Source: Candidatus Bathyarchaeota archaeon (lineage in GTDB: Archaea; Thermoproteota; Bathyarchaeia; Bathyarchaeales; Bathycorpusculaceae). Taken from it: a stretch of DNA of 64,000 bases. Each line of letters begins with the position of its first letter. The stretch's first letter is position 1. A program made the position numbers and the translations under genes. The notes beneath the pieces are model-generated. The model was not told the DNA's origin. It did no database searches and worked only from the letters and a program-made list of their open reading frames with translations. The stretch is taken from assembly GCA_963750605.1 (NCBI GenBank), contig CAVVRN010000018.1:49680-113679 (forward strand), read 5' to 3'. This document shows positions 22,936-32,500 of this stretch, piece after piece.

Positions 22936-23750
22936 TGATAACTTTAACTCCGCTGAGAAAATTTACGTTTCCAGTTCAAGCTGAATGCATAAATCCTGAC
23001 GTATTTTTGGGCAAAGACACCGCCGAAATCGCAAAGTTACCAGTTTACGAAGGAAACAGGCTGAAAACTTTAAAAGACCTCTTTAAAATTGAAGAAGATG
23101 GCGCCGAATCTCCAAGCATAACAATCAATGGTGACGCAGGCGAAGTACGACGGATCGGTCAAGGCATGAAAACGGGTGAAATAGTCATCAACGGCAATGC
23201 GGGCATGCACCTTGGCGAAAAAATGACAGGCGGTAAAATCACGGTAAACGGCGATGCAGGTCAATGGACAGGCAGCGCAATGAAGAAAGGTTTAATTGAA
23301 GTTCATGGAAACGCAAATGACTATTTAGCTTCACCCTACCGCGGAGCCAGCGAAGGCATGAAAGGCGGAAAAATAGTGGTAGACGGCAACGTCGGTAGCG
23401 ATTCAGGCGCCTACATGAAAGGCGGTTTAATCAAAATAAAAGGAAGTAGCATTGGCCAATTCTTAGGATTCCACATGAGCGACGGCACAATCCATGTTGA
23501 AAAAGACGCTACCACCAGAGTCGGCACAGACATGACTGGGGGAAAAATCGTTATCTCAGGAAAAATAGAGGAAATGATGCCCACATTCACAGTTGATGCT
23601 GTCAAGCCTAAAGTCAAAATTGATGATACTGAATCAGCAGCAGGTCCATTTTACGTGTTTCTCGGTGACATCGCAGAGAAAGGTACAGGAAAACTCTTCG
23701 TGTCAAAAGCAAACAATCCGCAGCTTAAAACATACGAAAAATACCTATAA
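22935..23750 (+). CDS. fwdC: Formylmethanofuran dehydrogenase subunit C
   Basis: Repeated G..M.GG.I.V.G beta-helix motif; operon position. Confidence 0.95.
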   Translation: MITLTPLRKFTFPVQAECINPDVFLGKDTAEIAKLPVYEGNRLKTLKDLFKIEEDGAESPSITINGDAGEVRRIGQGMKTGEIVINGNAGMHLGEKMTGGKITVNGDAGQWTGSAMKKGLIEVHGNANDYLASPYRGASEGMKGGKIVVDGNVGSDSGAYMKGGLIKIKGSSIGQFLGFHMSDGTIHVEKDATTRVGTDMTGGKIVISGKIEEMMPTFTVDAVKPKVKIDDTESAAGPFYVFLGDIAEKGTGKLFVSKANNPQLKTYEKYL

Positions 23751-23875
23751 TTTTTTGTTTGAGCAATGCTTAGGTGTTCGTTCAATCTTTTTTACTTTTG
23801 AATCAATTATTTTCTAAGTAGTTTGAATTATTTTTGTCAATAAGGGTTGAACGCTTGCTTTTTCTTTATTTTATC

Positions 23876-24339
23876 TTACTCTTTCGGCGGTAGCTTTACT
23901 ATGGTAAACCAGAATTCTTCAAGGGCATGTATGATTGCTGCAAACTCGATTCAGGTCAACTGGCTTAGTAATGTAAGCGTTTGCATGAAGATTATATGTC
24001 TTAATAATATCTTCGTCTAGCTTTAGAAGTTGTCAAAATAATTACTGGAATGTGCCTTAATATGGTGTCTTTTTTGATTTCTGCAAGAACTTCTCGGCCG
24101 TCTTTTCTTGGCAAATTTAGGTCAAGCAGTATCAAGTCAGGCAGAGGGACGGTCGAGTAAGAACCTTCTCTACGTAAAAACTGCATGGCTTCAACGCCAT
24201 CTTTAGCAACATAAACTGTGTTTAGAACTTTCGCGTCTTTAAGGGCTTCTTTAGTTAAGCGAACGTCTCCAGGATTATCTTCCACTAGCAAAATATCTAC
24301 AGCTCTAACCTGGTCCAATTTATCGTTATTTCTTTTCAT
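23876..24339 (-). CDS. Single-domain response regulator (Rcp1-like), frameshifted near 24010
   Basis: [42 protein letters not shown]. Confidence 0.88.
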
Positions 24340-24471
24340 GCTTAAACTAAACTCAAAATTATTAATTAACATTTAGATTGGTGAATCTTTTCCTGCTTTA
24401 GGTTATTCGGATAGCCGAATACCTTATCAGCAGCGCTGAGTTTCAGAAACAACATCATAAGAGGACAAGTT

Positions 24472-25257
24472 ATGCGTCAAGTTGATATTGTAAAAATCGA
24501 CCTCTCAACTGGAAAAGCAGAGACTAAATCAGATTGTGTGGCTGAAGAAAGTCCTCTACATCTTTTCGTTAACACTACTTTATGGGTGACCATCCTTTGT
24601 ACACCTACAAACATTAAGGAGCTGGCGGTTGGGCATCTGCTTTCCGAAGGCATATTGAAATCTATCGATGAGGTTGAGGAAATAACTCTAAAACCAGCTG
24701 AAAATGCTTGTTATGTCAAACTTGCCCCTGATGTTAATGTTGGAGACCGAATCAAACTCTCCCGACTGTCTGCTAGGGTAATTGTTTCGGCATGTGGTGC
24801 TGGTTCACCCTACCAATACATAGGAAAAACACCTATAGTTACATCAACCCTAATCGTAAAGGCCAAAATCATCTTTGAAAGCGTGAATCAGTTAAATTTC
24901 AAAGCTGAAGGGTTCAGAAAAACAGGCGGAGTTCATGTCGCAGCACTTTACAAAGGCGAAGGTTCATTGGTGGCATTGGCTGAAGATGTAGGTCGACATA
25001 ACGCTGTAGACAAGGTAATTGGAATGGCTGCGTTCAACCGGGTCAATTTTGAAGATTGTTTTTTGGCTTTAAGTGGACGAATTTCAGGTGATGTAGCTTT
25101 CAAAGCGGCTAAGGTTGGTTTGCCAATTGTTGCTTCCCTTTCGGCTGCGCTTTCTTCAGGAATTACAACTGCTGAGACTTCAAAGTTGACTTTGGCTGGG
25201 TTTGTTCGTGGAAAACGTATGAACGTTTACACTTTTCCTGAAAGAATTATTATTTAG
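24472..25257 (+). CDS. fdhD: FdhD sulfurtransferase
   Basis: EESPL, LAVG.L.SEG, TGGVH, EDVGRHNAVDKVIG, SGR. Confidence 0.95.
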   Translation: MRQVDIVKIDLSTGKAETKSDCVAEESPLHLFVNTTLWVTILCTPTNIKELAVGHLLSEGILKSIDEVEEITLKPAENACYVKLAPDVNVGDRIKLSRLSARVIVSACGAGSPYQYIGKTPIVTSTLIVKAKIIFESVNQLNFKAEGFRKTGGVHVAALYKGEGSLVALAEDVGRHNAVDKVIGMAAFNRVNFEDCFLALSGRISGDVAFKAAKVGLPIVASLSAALSSGITTAETSKLTLAGFVRGKRMNVYTFPERIII

Positions 25258-26293
25258 CGTTTTTTATTTGGGATTTGCACCATGATTTATCAGCGTTTGC
25301 TCTCTGCGCCAACATATAGCAGCGATTTTTTTCGTAGGTAGCTGCTTCGGAGTGGTAGTTTGTTGCCGCTTTCAAAAATGCATTTAGTGATTCACTAATT
25401 GCTTTGTTGTTATTGTTTAGCTTAGAAAAGTCTCGCCAGCTTTTTGCTTCATATTCGTGGCTTAAAGCAGACCAAAAATATAATTTGTTTTTTTCCAGAT
25501 TCGATGCGCTGTTTGAAAATATTTTTGCTGCTTCCAAAAAATTAGCGTTTTTTTGTTCTAAAGATGCTATTAGAAGATGCTCAAATTGGTCAATGGGTAG
25601 TTTCCCAAGGTTTAACCTTAAATTATCACTAATTTCCCCTTGTCCTTGACGCGGTTGCAGCCGACATAAATCGTCTTGACAGTTGATGTTTACAAAACTC
25701 TTCAGTTCTGGGTCTAAAACTTTGATTTCGCCAAGGGGAGATACAAATAAGACGTTTTGGGCGCCTCTGATAATTCCGTCGGGGTGATCTCGTCCTAACT
25801 GGCAAAGAATGTGAGCAATTTTTAAGGTTTTAGATCGTTCAAGAACCATAAGTAGCGTTTCGAGACTGCCATTAGGCCACATTGGTACCGCAATGTAAGA
25901 ATTTTTGATTTCGTTAAATAAGTATTCAGCAACTTTTCCCTTAAGCAAGGGCATATCAGCAGGAATTGTGAGACAGTACTCTGCTCTGGCAAATTCAAGT
26001 CCTGTTAAAATCGCTATAAATGGTCCGCTTAAATTGTTAGTTTTCAGATCGGCAACTATTTTTACTTTTTCAATATTGTGGTTTGCTAAAATATTCTGGT
26101 ACTTAGCCTTTCGAGCTTCTTCATTCACTACAATAATTGTTTCATCAACAACATCCTGAACGTTTTCGATTGTGTGAATTAGCAGGGGCTTTCCATCGAG
26201 TTTTGTGAGTGCTTTGTCTTGCCAATTTTCCTTGGTGGTCTGAAATCTTTGGCCTTTTCCTCCTGCTAAGATAATTGCTGCTCGCTTAGTCAT
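25250..26293 (-). CDS. mobA: Molybdenum cofactor guanylyltransferase with C-terminal helical extension
   Basis: ILAGG.G.RF, DKA...DGKPL, GP...I.TG, PADMP, SFVNIN...DL. Confidence 0.88.
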   Translation of the reverse strand: MTKRAAIILAGGKGQRFQTTKENWQDKALTKLDGKPLLIHTIENVQDVVDETIIVVNEEARKAKYQNILANHNIEKVKIVADLKTNNLSGPFIAILTGLEFARAEYCLTIPADMPLLKGKVAEYLFNEIKNSYIAVPMWPNGSLETLLMVLERSKTLKIAHILCQLGRDHPDGIIRGAQNVLFVSPLGEIKVLDPELKSFVNINCQDDLCRLQPRQGQGEISDNLRLNLGKLPIDQFEHLLIASLEQKNANFLEAAKIFSNSASNLEKNKLYFWSALSHEYEAKSWRDFSKLNNNNKAISESLNAFLKAATNYHSEAATYEKNRCYMLAQRANADKSWCKSQIKNAK

Positions 26294-26351
26294 TTACAGG
26301 TCTTGCTTAGTAGAAAAATGTTGCAGTTTATCTAATTTTCTAAAATAATAT

Positions 26352-26894
26352 TTAGTTTCGTTTTGCAGGTAAGTGTTTTTTGATTATTTCTAAAAGTTTG
26401 TTTCCTTCTTCGGGCAAATTAATGAATGGTATTTCATTTTCGGCTGGTTTGTTTTTTGCAATTAACCCTGTGATTGCCAGTATTGGTGGAACCGTTTCTT
26501 TCAATGTGGTTTGAAGGTCTTCTTGGTTTTTCGCTGCAATAATTTTTAGGATGTCTGTTCTTTTTGAGATTGAGCCTTTGAATCCTTCGATGAAGATAAT
26601 GTCAAGTTGCTCGTTTTCCAGTTCCTTAATTACTTTATCTATATCATTGAGGGAGGTTTCTGTTTTTTTTATTATTGCTATTTCTTCAGGCGAAAAAGCG
26701 ACTGTTATTTTGGATCCAGCCTTCGTAAATCTCCAGGTGTTGGTGCCTTCTCTATCTATTGTGAAACCTTCGCGGTGAATGTGTTTTATTGCGCCTACTC
26801 TGTAGCCCTCACTGGTAAGGTTTGAAATTAAATACTCAAGCGTGGTGGTCTTGCCTGAACCACTTATTCCTATAGCGGCAATTAACGTAGTCAT
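26352..26894 (-). CDS. mobB: Molybdopterin-guanine dinucleotide biosynthesis protein B
   Basis: GISGSGKTT, IKH.H, D.EG..T.RF..AG, IEGFK. Confidence 0.93.
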   Translation of the reverse strand: MTTLIAAIGISGSGKTTTLEYLISNLTSEGYRVGAIKHIHREGFTIDREGTNTWRFTKAGSKITVAFSPEEIAIIKKTETSLNDIDKVIKELENEQLDIIFIEGFKGSISKRTDILKIIAAKNQEDLQTTLKETVPPILAITGLIAKNKPAENEIPFINLPEEGNKLLEIIKKHLPAKRN

Positions 26895-27059
26895 CTATTA
26901 AGGCAACCTCTCTGGAAAGCTAGTAAATAGGCTTTTAATAAACAACCCGATTAACCTTCAAGGTGCAAAAATTCGTTAGTATTTTGTTTCTCTCAAGAAT
27001 AACAAGAACAGTGGAATTGCCATTTTTGGTCAAGCTGGTTTGGGTTGTTTTTTTGAAGC

Positions 27060-27134
27060 AAAGCTTAAATCTTTTGCAGGTTGAGTACCTAAAAGTCCTA
27101 TGAAGTCCTAGACAGTCCCAGAAAGTCCTAGAAA
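27060..27134 (+). promoter_or_regulatory. TATA promoter plus AGTCC(T) array with 10-bp period (cassette C)
   Basis: AAAGCTTAAATCTTTTGCAGGTTGA, then GTACC at 27085 and GTCC at 27095, 27105, 27115 and 27125. Confidence 0.82.
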
Positions 27135-27148
27135 GGATGAGGTTTAGT

Positions 27149-27225
27149 TTGCCGTTAACGCAAAGAATTACATTCAAAACAAGTTACAAAAGCAAAACCG
27201 ACCACAAATCTCAAAGAATGCTTAA
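27149..27225 (+). pseudogene. 5' remnant of AbrB/MraZ-like gene (cassette C)
   Basis: TTG start after GAGG; MPLTQRITFKT / LQKQNRPQISK. Confidence 0.7.
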
Positions 27226-27500
27226 TTACAAACACAAGCATTTTTCAATAGGATAATTAACGTATCTATAGAATAATGGATTGAAATTTTTATGTCTGGG
27301 CTTTTTAAGTCATGGTTTAAAGCTTTAAAGAAAAAACCTCTATTTCTGAGAACTATTCTTTAGTATTTTTAAGCTTTCTGACATTATTCGGCAGCACTTA
27401 GCTTCGATATTTTGTTAGCATTTGACCCTATTGAGAAGAGCAACGCCAAGATTTTTGCGCATTTTTTTGTTCAGGTTGCTTCAGATTGCTTTTTTGTAGC

Positions 27501-27610
27501 AAAGCTTAAATCTTTTGCAGGTTGAGTCAAATAAAGTCAACTACCGTCAATAGAAGTCCTTTACCGTCAATAGAAGTCAATACAAGTCAATTAAAGTCAA
27601 AACAGTCAAC
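27501..27610 (+). promoter_or_regulatory. TATA promoter plus GTCAA array with 10-bp period (cassette D)
   Basis: Same 25-bp leader; GTC(AA) every 10 bp from 27526 to 27596, plus a ninth copy at 27605. Confidence 0.88.
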
Positions 27611-27634
27611 ATACTTTCAAAAAGGTGAATTTAA

Positions 27635-27927
27635 ATGCCCTTAACAGAAAAAGTTACATTTAAAACCTTGCTTCAAAAAGGCGACAGAGTGCAAGTTCCA
27701 AAGTTGATTCGCTGGGAGTTCAAAATGGAAACCAATCAAGTTTTAAACGTTGGCGTTAACGACTTGAACCTCCAAAGTGGTTGGCAGTTTTTCTGCGCAA
27801 AAATGGGTAAAGATGGACGTGTCCGTGTTCCCAAACTGATACTTACGCTCCTCGTAGAAGAAAACTTAGACTTTACTGGTCACATCCTATAGAAGTAACT
27901 CTCGAACCATTCCAAGCCACGCAATAA
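27635..27927 (+). CDS. Tandem swapped-hairpin (AbrB/SpoVT/MraZ-like) DNA-binding protein; probable frameshift near 27888 restores the C-terminus ...EVTLEPFQATQ
   Basis: Two repeats, FKTLLQKGDRVQVPKLIR and FCAKMGKDGRVRVPKLI; SD AAGGTGA. Confidence 0.75.
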
Positions 27928-28405
27928 AATTCTTTCGTTAGAAATCATTATATTTTGGTCGAAACCCCGAGAGCTTTTCTAAATTCTATTTTAACATCTT
28001 CGGCACACCCTTAGCAAACGTTGCAGTCAACCCATTCGCATCAGCACTAGCAGGCTTACTCTTTAGCAAAGGACTCAACTACATCAAAGAAGTCCCAACC
28101 CAACTACTATCTCAAATAGAAGGCATCGTTGCAGAAGCTGCAAAACAAATCTACCGGTTGATCCCGCATCAATATCGGCGCCACCTGCTCTGTCAACTTC
28201 TCCACTGACCCCTCAACCATCTTAAGAACTAATTTTATTTCGCTTTTCTGTTGCCTCATGTGATAAAACAGTATGAACAAAAACACACTAACCCTTCCAA
28301 AAATACCCCTCTGCCACACTAAGAATTTTAGGTAATAAGTGACCTTTCCCAAGCTTTGATGTACGGTGTAATTTTAGTTTCAGATTTCACGTTGATTAAT
28401 TATGG

Positions 28406-28711
28406 ATGTTCCTGAAAACGAAAGTGAGCTTTTCAGTGCCAGATGACAGACCAACTGATCCTGCTGAAAAGATAGTACAAGCTTCAGGCGTTGAAGTAAC
28501 TGCCAAGCCTTCGGGCCTTCACATTTACATTAACGGCAATGTGTTCCTTGGTAAAGCAGCGTATCTCTCAGCTAAGCAAAGTGTGCCAACAGCATTGGAG
28601 GTTGATAAAGTTAGCATGAATAGGCTTCTTTTGGAAGCTAATGACGAAATGCAGATGGCACTGCTCCTGGTCTTCTTGCGCGCTGGCTTGTCCATAAAAT
28701 ATCAACCTTAG
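28406..28711 (+). CDS. Hypothetical protein
   Basis: 101-aa ORF. Confidence 0.5.
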   Translation: MFLKTKVSFSVPDDRPTDPAEKIVQASGVEVTAKPSGLHIYINGNVFLGKAAYLSAKQSVPTALEVDKVSMNRLLLEANDEMQMALLLVFLRAGLSIKYQP

Positions 28712-28720
28712 ATTTTGGGA

Positions 28721-29155
28721 TTAAATACTAATCTTTCTCTCTCCCAAAAATATCCACGGAACGCCATATTTATCACGAAATTGCCCATAGACTCCAATGG
28801 GCAGATCATGTAGTTCTTGGAACCGAACCGGTGTTTTGTCTGCCCCCTCTGATAGCTTATCAAATACCGCTTTCAATTCATCGTAGGTTTTGCCAGTGAT
28901 AAATATGGCAAATGTATTGCCTTGTATTGGATTAAATGCGGGAGATGCCATCCAATCAGTGGCTGATATGTCAATATCGACATTTTTGAGATGTGCATTG
29001 ATAATTCTGTTGTATTTTTCTGGAGGAAACATGTCTTTCATAGGGGTATCGCCAAGCCTTGTCAAAGATAAGTCTCCTCCGAGACATTTGTGGTAAAAGG
29101 TCATTGCTTCAGCACAGTTGCCATCAAATAAAAGAAATGGATAAGTTTTTAACAT
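28721..29155 (-). CDS. VOC/PhnB-family protein
   Basis: PFLLFDGNCAEAMTFY, YGQFRDKYGVPW. Confidence 0.88.
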   Translation of the reverse strand: MLKTYPFLLFDGNCAEAMTFYHKCLGGDLSLTRLGDTPMKDMFPPEKYNRIINAHLKNVDIDISATDWMASPAFNPIQGNTFAIFITGKTYDELKAVFDKLSEGADKTPVRFQELHDLPIGVYGQFRDKYGVPWIFLGERKISI

Positions 29156-29381
29156 ACGGTAAACCAGCTGGTTTCCCTGTCCCTTTATTAAGCGTTAAAA
29201 CATGCTGGCAAATGCCGAAGATCGCACATGAGGCGGAGGAGCGTAACCTGTACACGTACATACACAAGTATTTTAGAAATAAACCATAACCAAATAAAGT
29301 TCTGATGTTTTGCATCGCAAGATTTATTGTTTTGCTTTAATTTTTATAGGTTGAGAGCTAACTTGTAACAGAGGGAAGCAT

Positions 29382-30475
29382 TTGCCTAAGCAGGAAGCTT
29401 TTGATATAGAAAGATTCAGGAAAAGGAGAAAAAGGCTCGGGAAGTAATAAAAGCATGCCGCACAGATCGAGGTTTCAACGCTAGCACCCAGCTTTATCCT
29501 CAGCTTTGGCTAAGAGACCTTGTTTATTCAGAAGATGTCCTGCTAGGACTTGGATATCAAAAAGACCTTGAAAATCATTTGTCGGAATTTGTAGCATTGC
29601 AGCGAAGTACCGGCCAGATGCCAACCGTCATTGATTACAGCGTAGGCAAAGTGATTCGTCAAAGATATCAGCGTTGCTCAGCTGATGCAGAAATTCTGTT
29701 TGTCATTGGGATGCAAAAGCTCGTAGCAGTTGGCTGTGACGAGTTTTTTGATGAAAATTTGGAATCGGTGAAATTATGCCTTGCCTTTATCAAGAATAAG
29801 CTGGATACGCATAGGCTTATTCCCGGCATGGATTGGAGGGATGCAATGCCAGTTTACATAGGCAAGTACCTTTTGGCAAACCAGATGCTGTTGGCAGATA
29901 TGTACGAATTACAGGGAAACTTGTCGGAGTCAAATTTGGTTAAGGAAAATGTGAACAAGCTCTTTTATTGTGGAGATTTAGGTTGGTATGCGGACAGTAT
30001 TCATTGGAGTGGAAATGAACTAAAATTAGAACGCCACTTTGACTGCCTCGGCAACGCTTTAGCAATCCTCAATGGAACAGTTTCAAAGAAAGTTTCGCAA
30101 GATATACTCAAGGGTTTTAATATTGCAAAAACACCTTTCGGCTATAGAAACATTATGCCGTACTACGTATTTAACAGACAGAAGGCACTGGCAACATGGT
30201 ACAAAACATGCCGAGTACCGTTTGGCGTATTCCTCAGAAACAGGATTGGCAAATATCAAAACTCAGCGATTTGGCCGTTTGTCGAGATAAGAGTGATTGA
30301 TGCACTAAAAAAACTGCAAGCTGAAAACGATACCGAAGCAGCAGCAAACATAATGATTAAACGCAAAGACTTCAACGAGTTCTATGATCCGACAACTGGT
30401 GCGCCTGAAGGAAGCGAAGGGCAGCTCTGGACAGCAGCGGCAACGCTTTCAGCAATTAATCATTACAGATCTTGA
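29382..30475 (+). CDS. (alpha/alpha)6-barrel glycoside hydrolase (GDE/GH63/GH100-like), 5' frameshift
   Basis: YPQLWLRD, Q..TGQMP, DWRD, YQNSAIWPF, FNEFYDP.TG.P.G...QLWTAA. Confidence 0.75.
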
Positions 30476-30578
30476 AAAACCAAAAACATCTAGGTCTGAT
30501 GAGTGGGAGTGGCGTGCACCCAAAAAAATGGAAGAGAGAGAGGGGGTAAAGGGAATAATCTGGATGCACGTCACACGT

Positions 30579-30851
30579 TTATGAGGTTCTCAGTTGCTTC
30601 CGGAAGAGGAATCCATAATTTCGTCTTGATTTGTTATAGTTCAGTTGCGCTTTGGTCTTTGGATATATGATTTTTTGCGTGTCTTTGCTTGTGATGAATA
30701 CCGAACCACCTTTTTTGAGGTGTTCTTTAACTTGGAAAAAGTTTACTTCTTGAGCCTCTTGAACTTCAACGTCTTGGTTGCTGTCGTTGTCTAGAAGCAG
30801 AACTTGAAATACAGGATTTCTAGTTTTTTTGTTTGCAATTAAAGTCTTCAT
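30579..30851 (-). CDS. Hypothetical basic protein
   Basis: 90-aa ORF with GGAAGGA SD. Confidence 0.65.
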   Translation of the reverse strand: MKTLIANKKTRNPVFQVLLLDNDSNQDVEVQEAQEVNFFQVKEHLKKGGSVFITSKDTQKIIYPKTKAQLNYNKSRRNYGFLFRKQLRTS

Positions 30852-30952
30852 TAGAATTATTCCTTCCTACAGTTTGAGACTAAATTATATTTAATTGAAA
30901 AAGTTTTAAAAGCTTTGTGATTGTTGTTCTGCTACAACAAGTTACAACTTTT

Positions 30953-31609
30953 TTATTTCAAAATGAGATGGAGAATTTGTTTATCTTTCAATGTTTCGAC
31001 TGTTAAATCAGGTTTTTCTTTGTTCAGCTCTTTTTTAGAGTAGACTCCTGTTGTAATGCCGATGCAGCCCATGTTTGCAGATTTGGCGGCTTTGACTCCG
31101 AATATCGAATCTTCAATAACTACGCATTTTTCAGGGTTTGTCTTTAGCTCGGCTGCTGTTTTTAGAAAGATTTCTGGGTTTGGTTTTGAATGCGAAACTG
31201 ATTCAGCCGTTAAGATAACATCAAAAAATTTTTCTAGGTCATTTGCTTTTACCAAATGAATGATGACAGAGCGATTATTCATTGATGCTAAACCCATTTT
31301 GACTTTACCATGTAATGCTTCAAGTAGCTCTTTGACACCTGGAAAAAGTTGCACTTGATCTGTTAGTTCAATTTCAAGTTGGCTTTTTCGTTCAATTAAG
31401 TGATGGATCAGTTTCTCGTCAACATCAACTTTAGCGGACTTTACTATATCCCTGAAGGTTTCTGCTGCGCCAATGCCAATTCGCCGCTCAATGTATTCGT
31501 TAGTTACCTTGCAGTTTACTTCGCTAAGCGCTTTTTGAAATGAAATCACAATTACTTTCCGAGTGTCGGCTAATGTTCCATCCCAATCGAAAATTACTGC
31601 ATCAAACAT
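30953..31609 (-). CDS. HAD-IA phosphatase (beta-PGM-like)
   Basis: FDWDGTLAD, KPNPEIF, IEDS..GV.AA. Confidence 0.92.
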   Translation of the reverse strand: MFDAVIFDWDGTLADTRKVIVISFQKALSEVNCKVTNEYIERRIGIGAAETFRDIVKSAKVDVDEKLIHHLIERKSQLEIELTDQVQLFPGVKELLEALHGKVKMGLASMNNRSVIIHLVKANDLEKFFDVILTAESVSHSKPNPEIFLKTAAELKTNPEKCVVIEDSIFGVKAAKSANMGCIGITTGVYSKKELNKEKPDLTVETLKDKQILHLILK

Positions 31610-31620
31610 GGCAAATCGGC

Positions 31621-32427
31621 TTACATAAGATTTAGTTTTTCTCTAATAGCTTGGCTTTTCTTTGTTGCTTCCTCTATCGCACGCATCATTGCAGGGCGGA
31701 TTTGGCTTAGCTCAATTTGATATATGGCTTCGATAGTTGTTCCGCCGGGCGTCGTTGTCATGTCTCTGATTTTTGCTGGATCCTCATGCAAATCAAGAAC
31801 AAGTTTTCCAGTACCCATTACGGTTTGAGCTGCACACTTTAACGCGATATCACGGGGCAAACCAACTTTCAACCCTGCATACGTTAAAGCCTCAACAATA
31901 ATTGACATATATCCTGGTCCACTGCCACTGACAGCGGTTATTGCATCCATGTATTTCTCATCCATTTCCTCGCAGATGCCCATCATATTCAGAATAGTCT
32001 TAACTTTCTCTTTATCCTCAGCCGTAACATTAGATTCGCAAACGTAAGCCGTGTAAGCTGCTTGTACCAATGCGCCAAGGTTAGGCATAATGCGCACAAT
32101 TTTTGCTTCCGCTGCATTTTTCTTCAAAAAGCTAAGTGGAACCGTGGCGGCAACCGAAATCAACAGTTTGCCTTTAATTTCTTTGTTGATTTCCTTGAGA
32201 ACTTTTTCCACGTCACCTGGCTTAACGATGATGAAAACGATATCTGCATCTGCGGCGGCTTTCTTGTTGTCTGATGTGGTCTTTACGCCAAGGCTTTCAA
32301 ATTCCTTGAGTTTTTCAACTTGGATGTCGACAGCCGTTATTTTGCCTTTGTAGCCGCCTTTTAGGAGGCTTTTGATTATGGCGCCTCCCATCATGCCTGC
32401 GCCGATTATTGTGATTTTATCGTTCAT
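31621..32427 (-). CDS. proC: Pyrroline-5-carboxylate reductase
   Basis: IIGAGMMG, VRIMPN, TAVSGSGP, TTPGGTT. Confidence 0.96.
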   Translation of the reverse strand: MNDKITIIGAGMMGGAIIKSLLKGGYKGKITAVDIQVEKLKEFESLGVKTTSDNKKAAADADIVFIIVKPGDVEKVLKEINKEIKGKLLISVAATVPLSFLKKNAAEAKIVRIMPNLGALVQAAYTAYVCESNVTAEDKEKVKTILNMMGICEEMDEKYMDAITAVSGSGPGYMSIIVEALTYAGLKVGLPRDIALKCAAQTVMGTGKLVLDLHEDPAKIRDMTTTPGGTTIEAIYQIELSQIRPAMMRAIEEATKKSQAIREKLNLM

Positions 32428-32500
32428 GAGTGTTCACGTTTCTTAGTTTAAGGACTGCTACTTTGCTCTTTAAACTTTATTGCTCAAAACAGGTTGCTGA

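Noticed and set aside
29330-29360. Possible fifth cassette (CTTTAATTTTTATAGGTTGAG)
   Set aside because: Shares only AGGTTGAG; no periodic array or AbrB-like ORF follows, so it is probably the hydrolase promoter
30496-30580. Hammerhead ribozyme (CTGATGAG core)
   Set aside because: No GAAA after the stem and no stem I/III pairing
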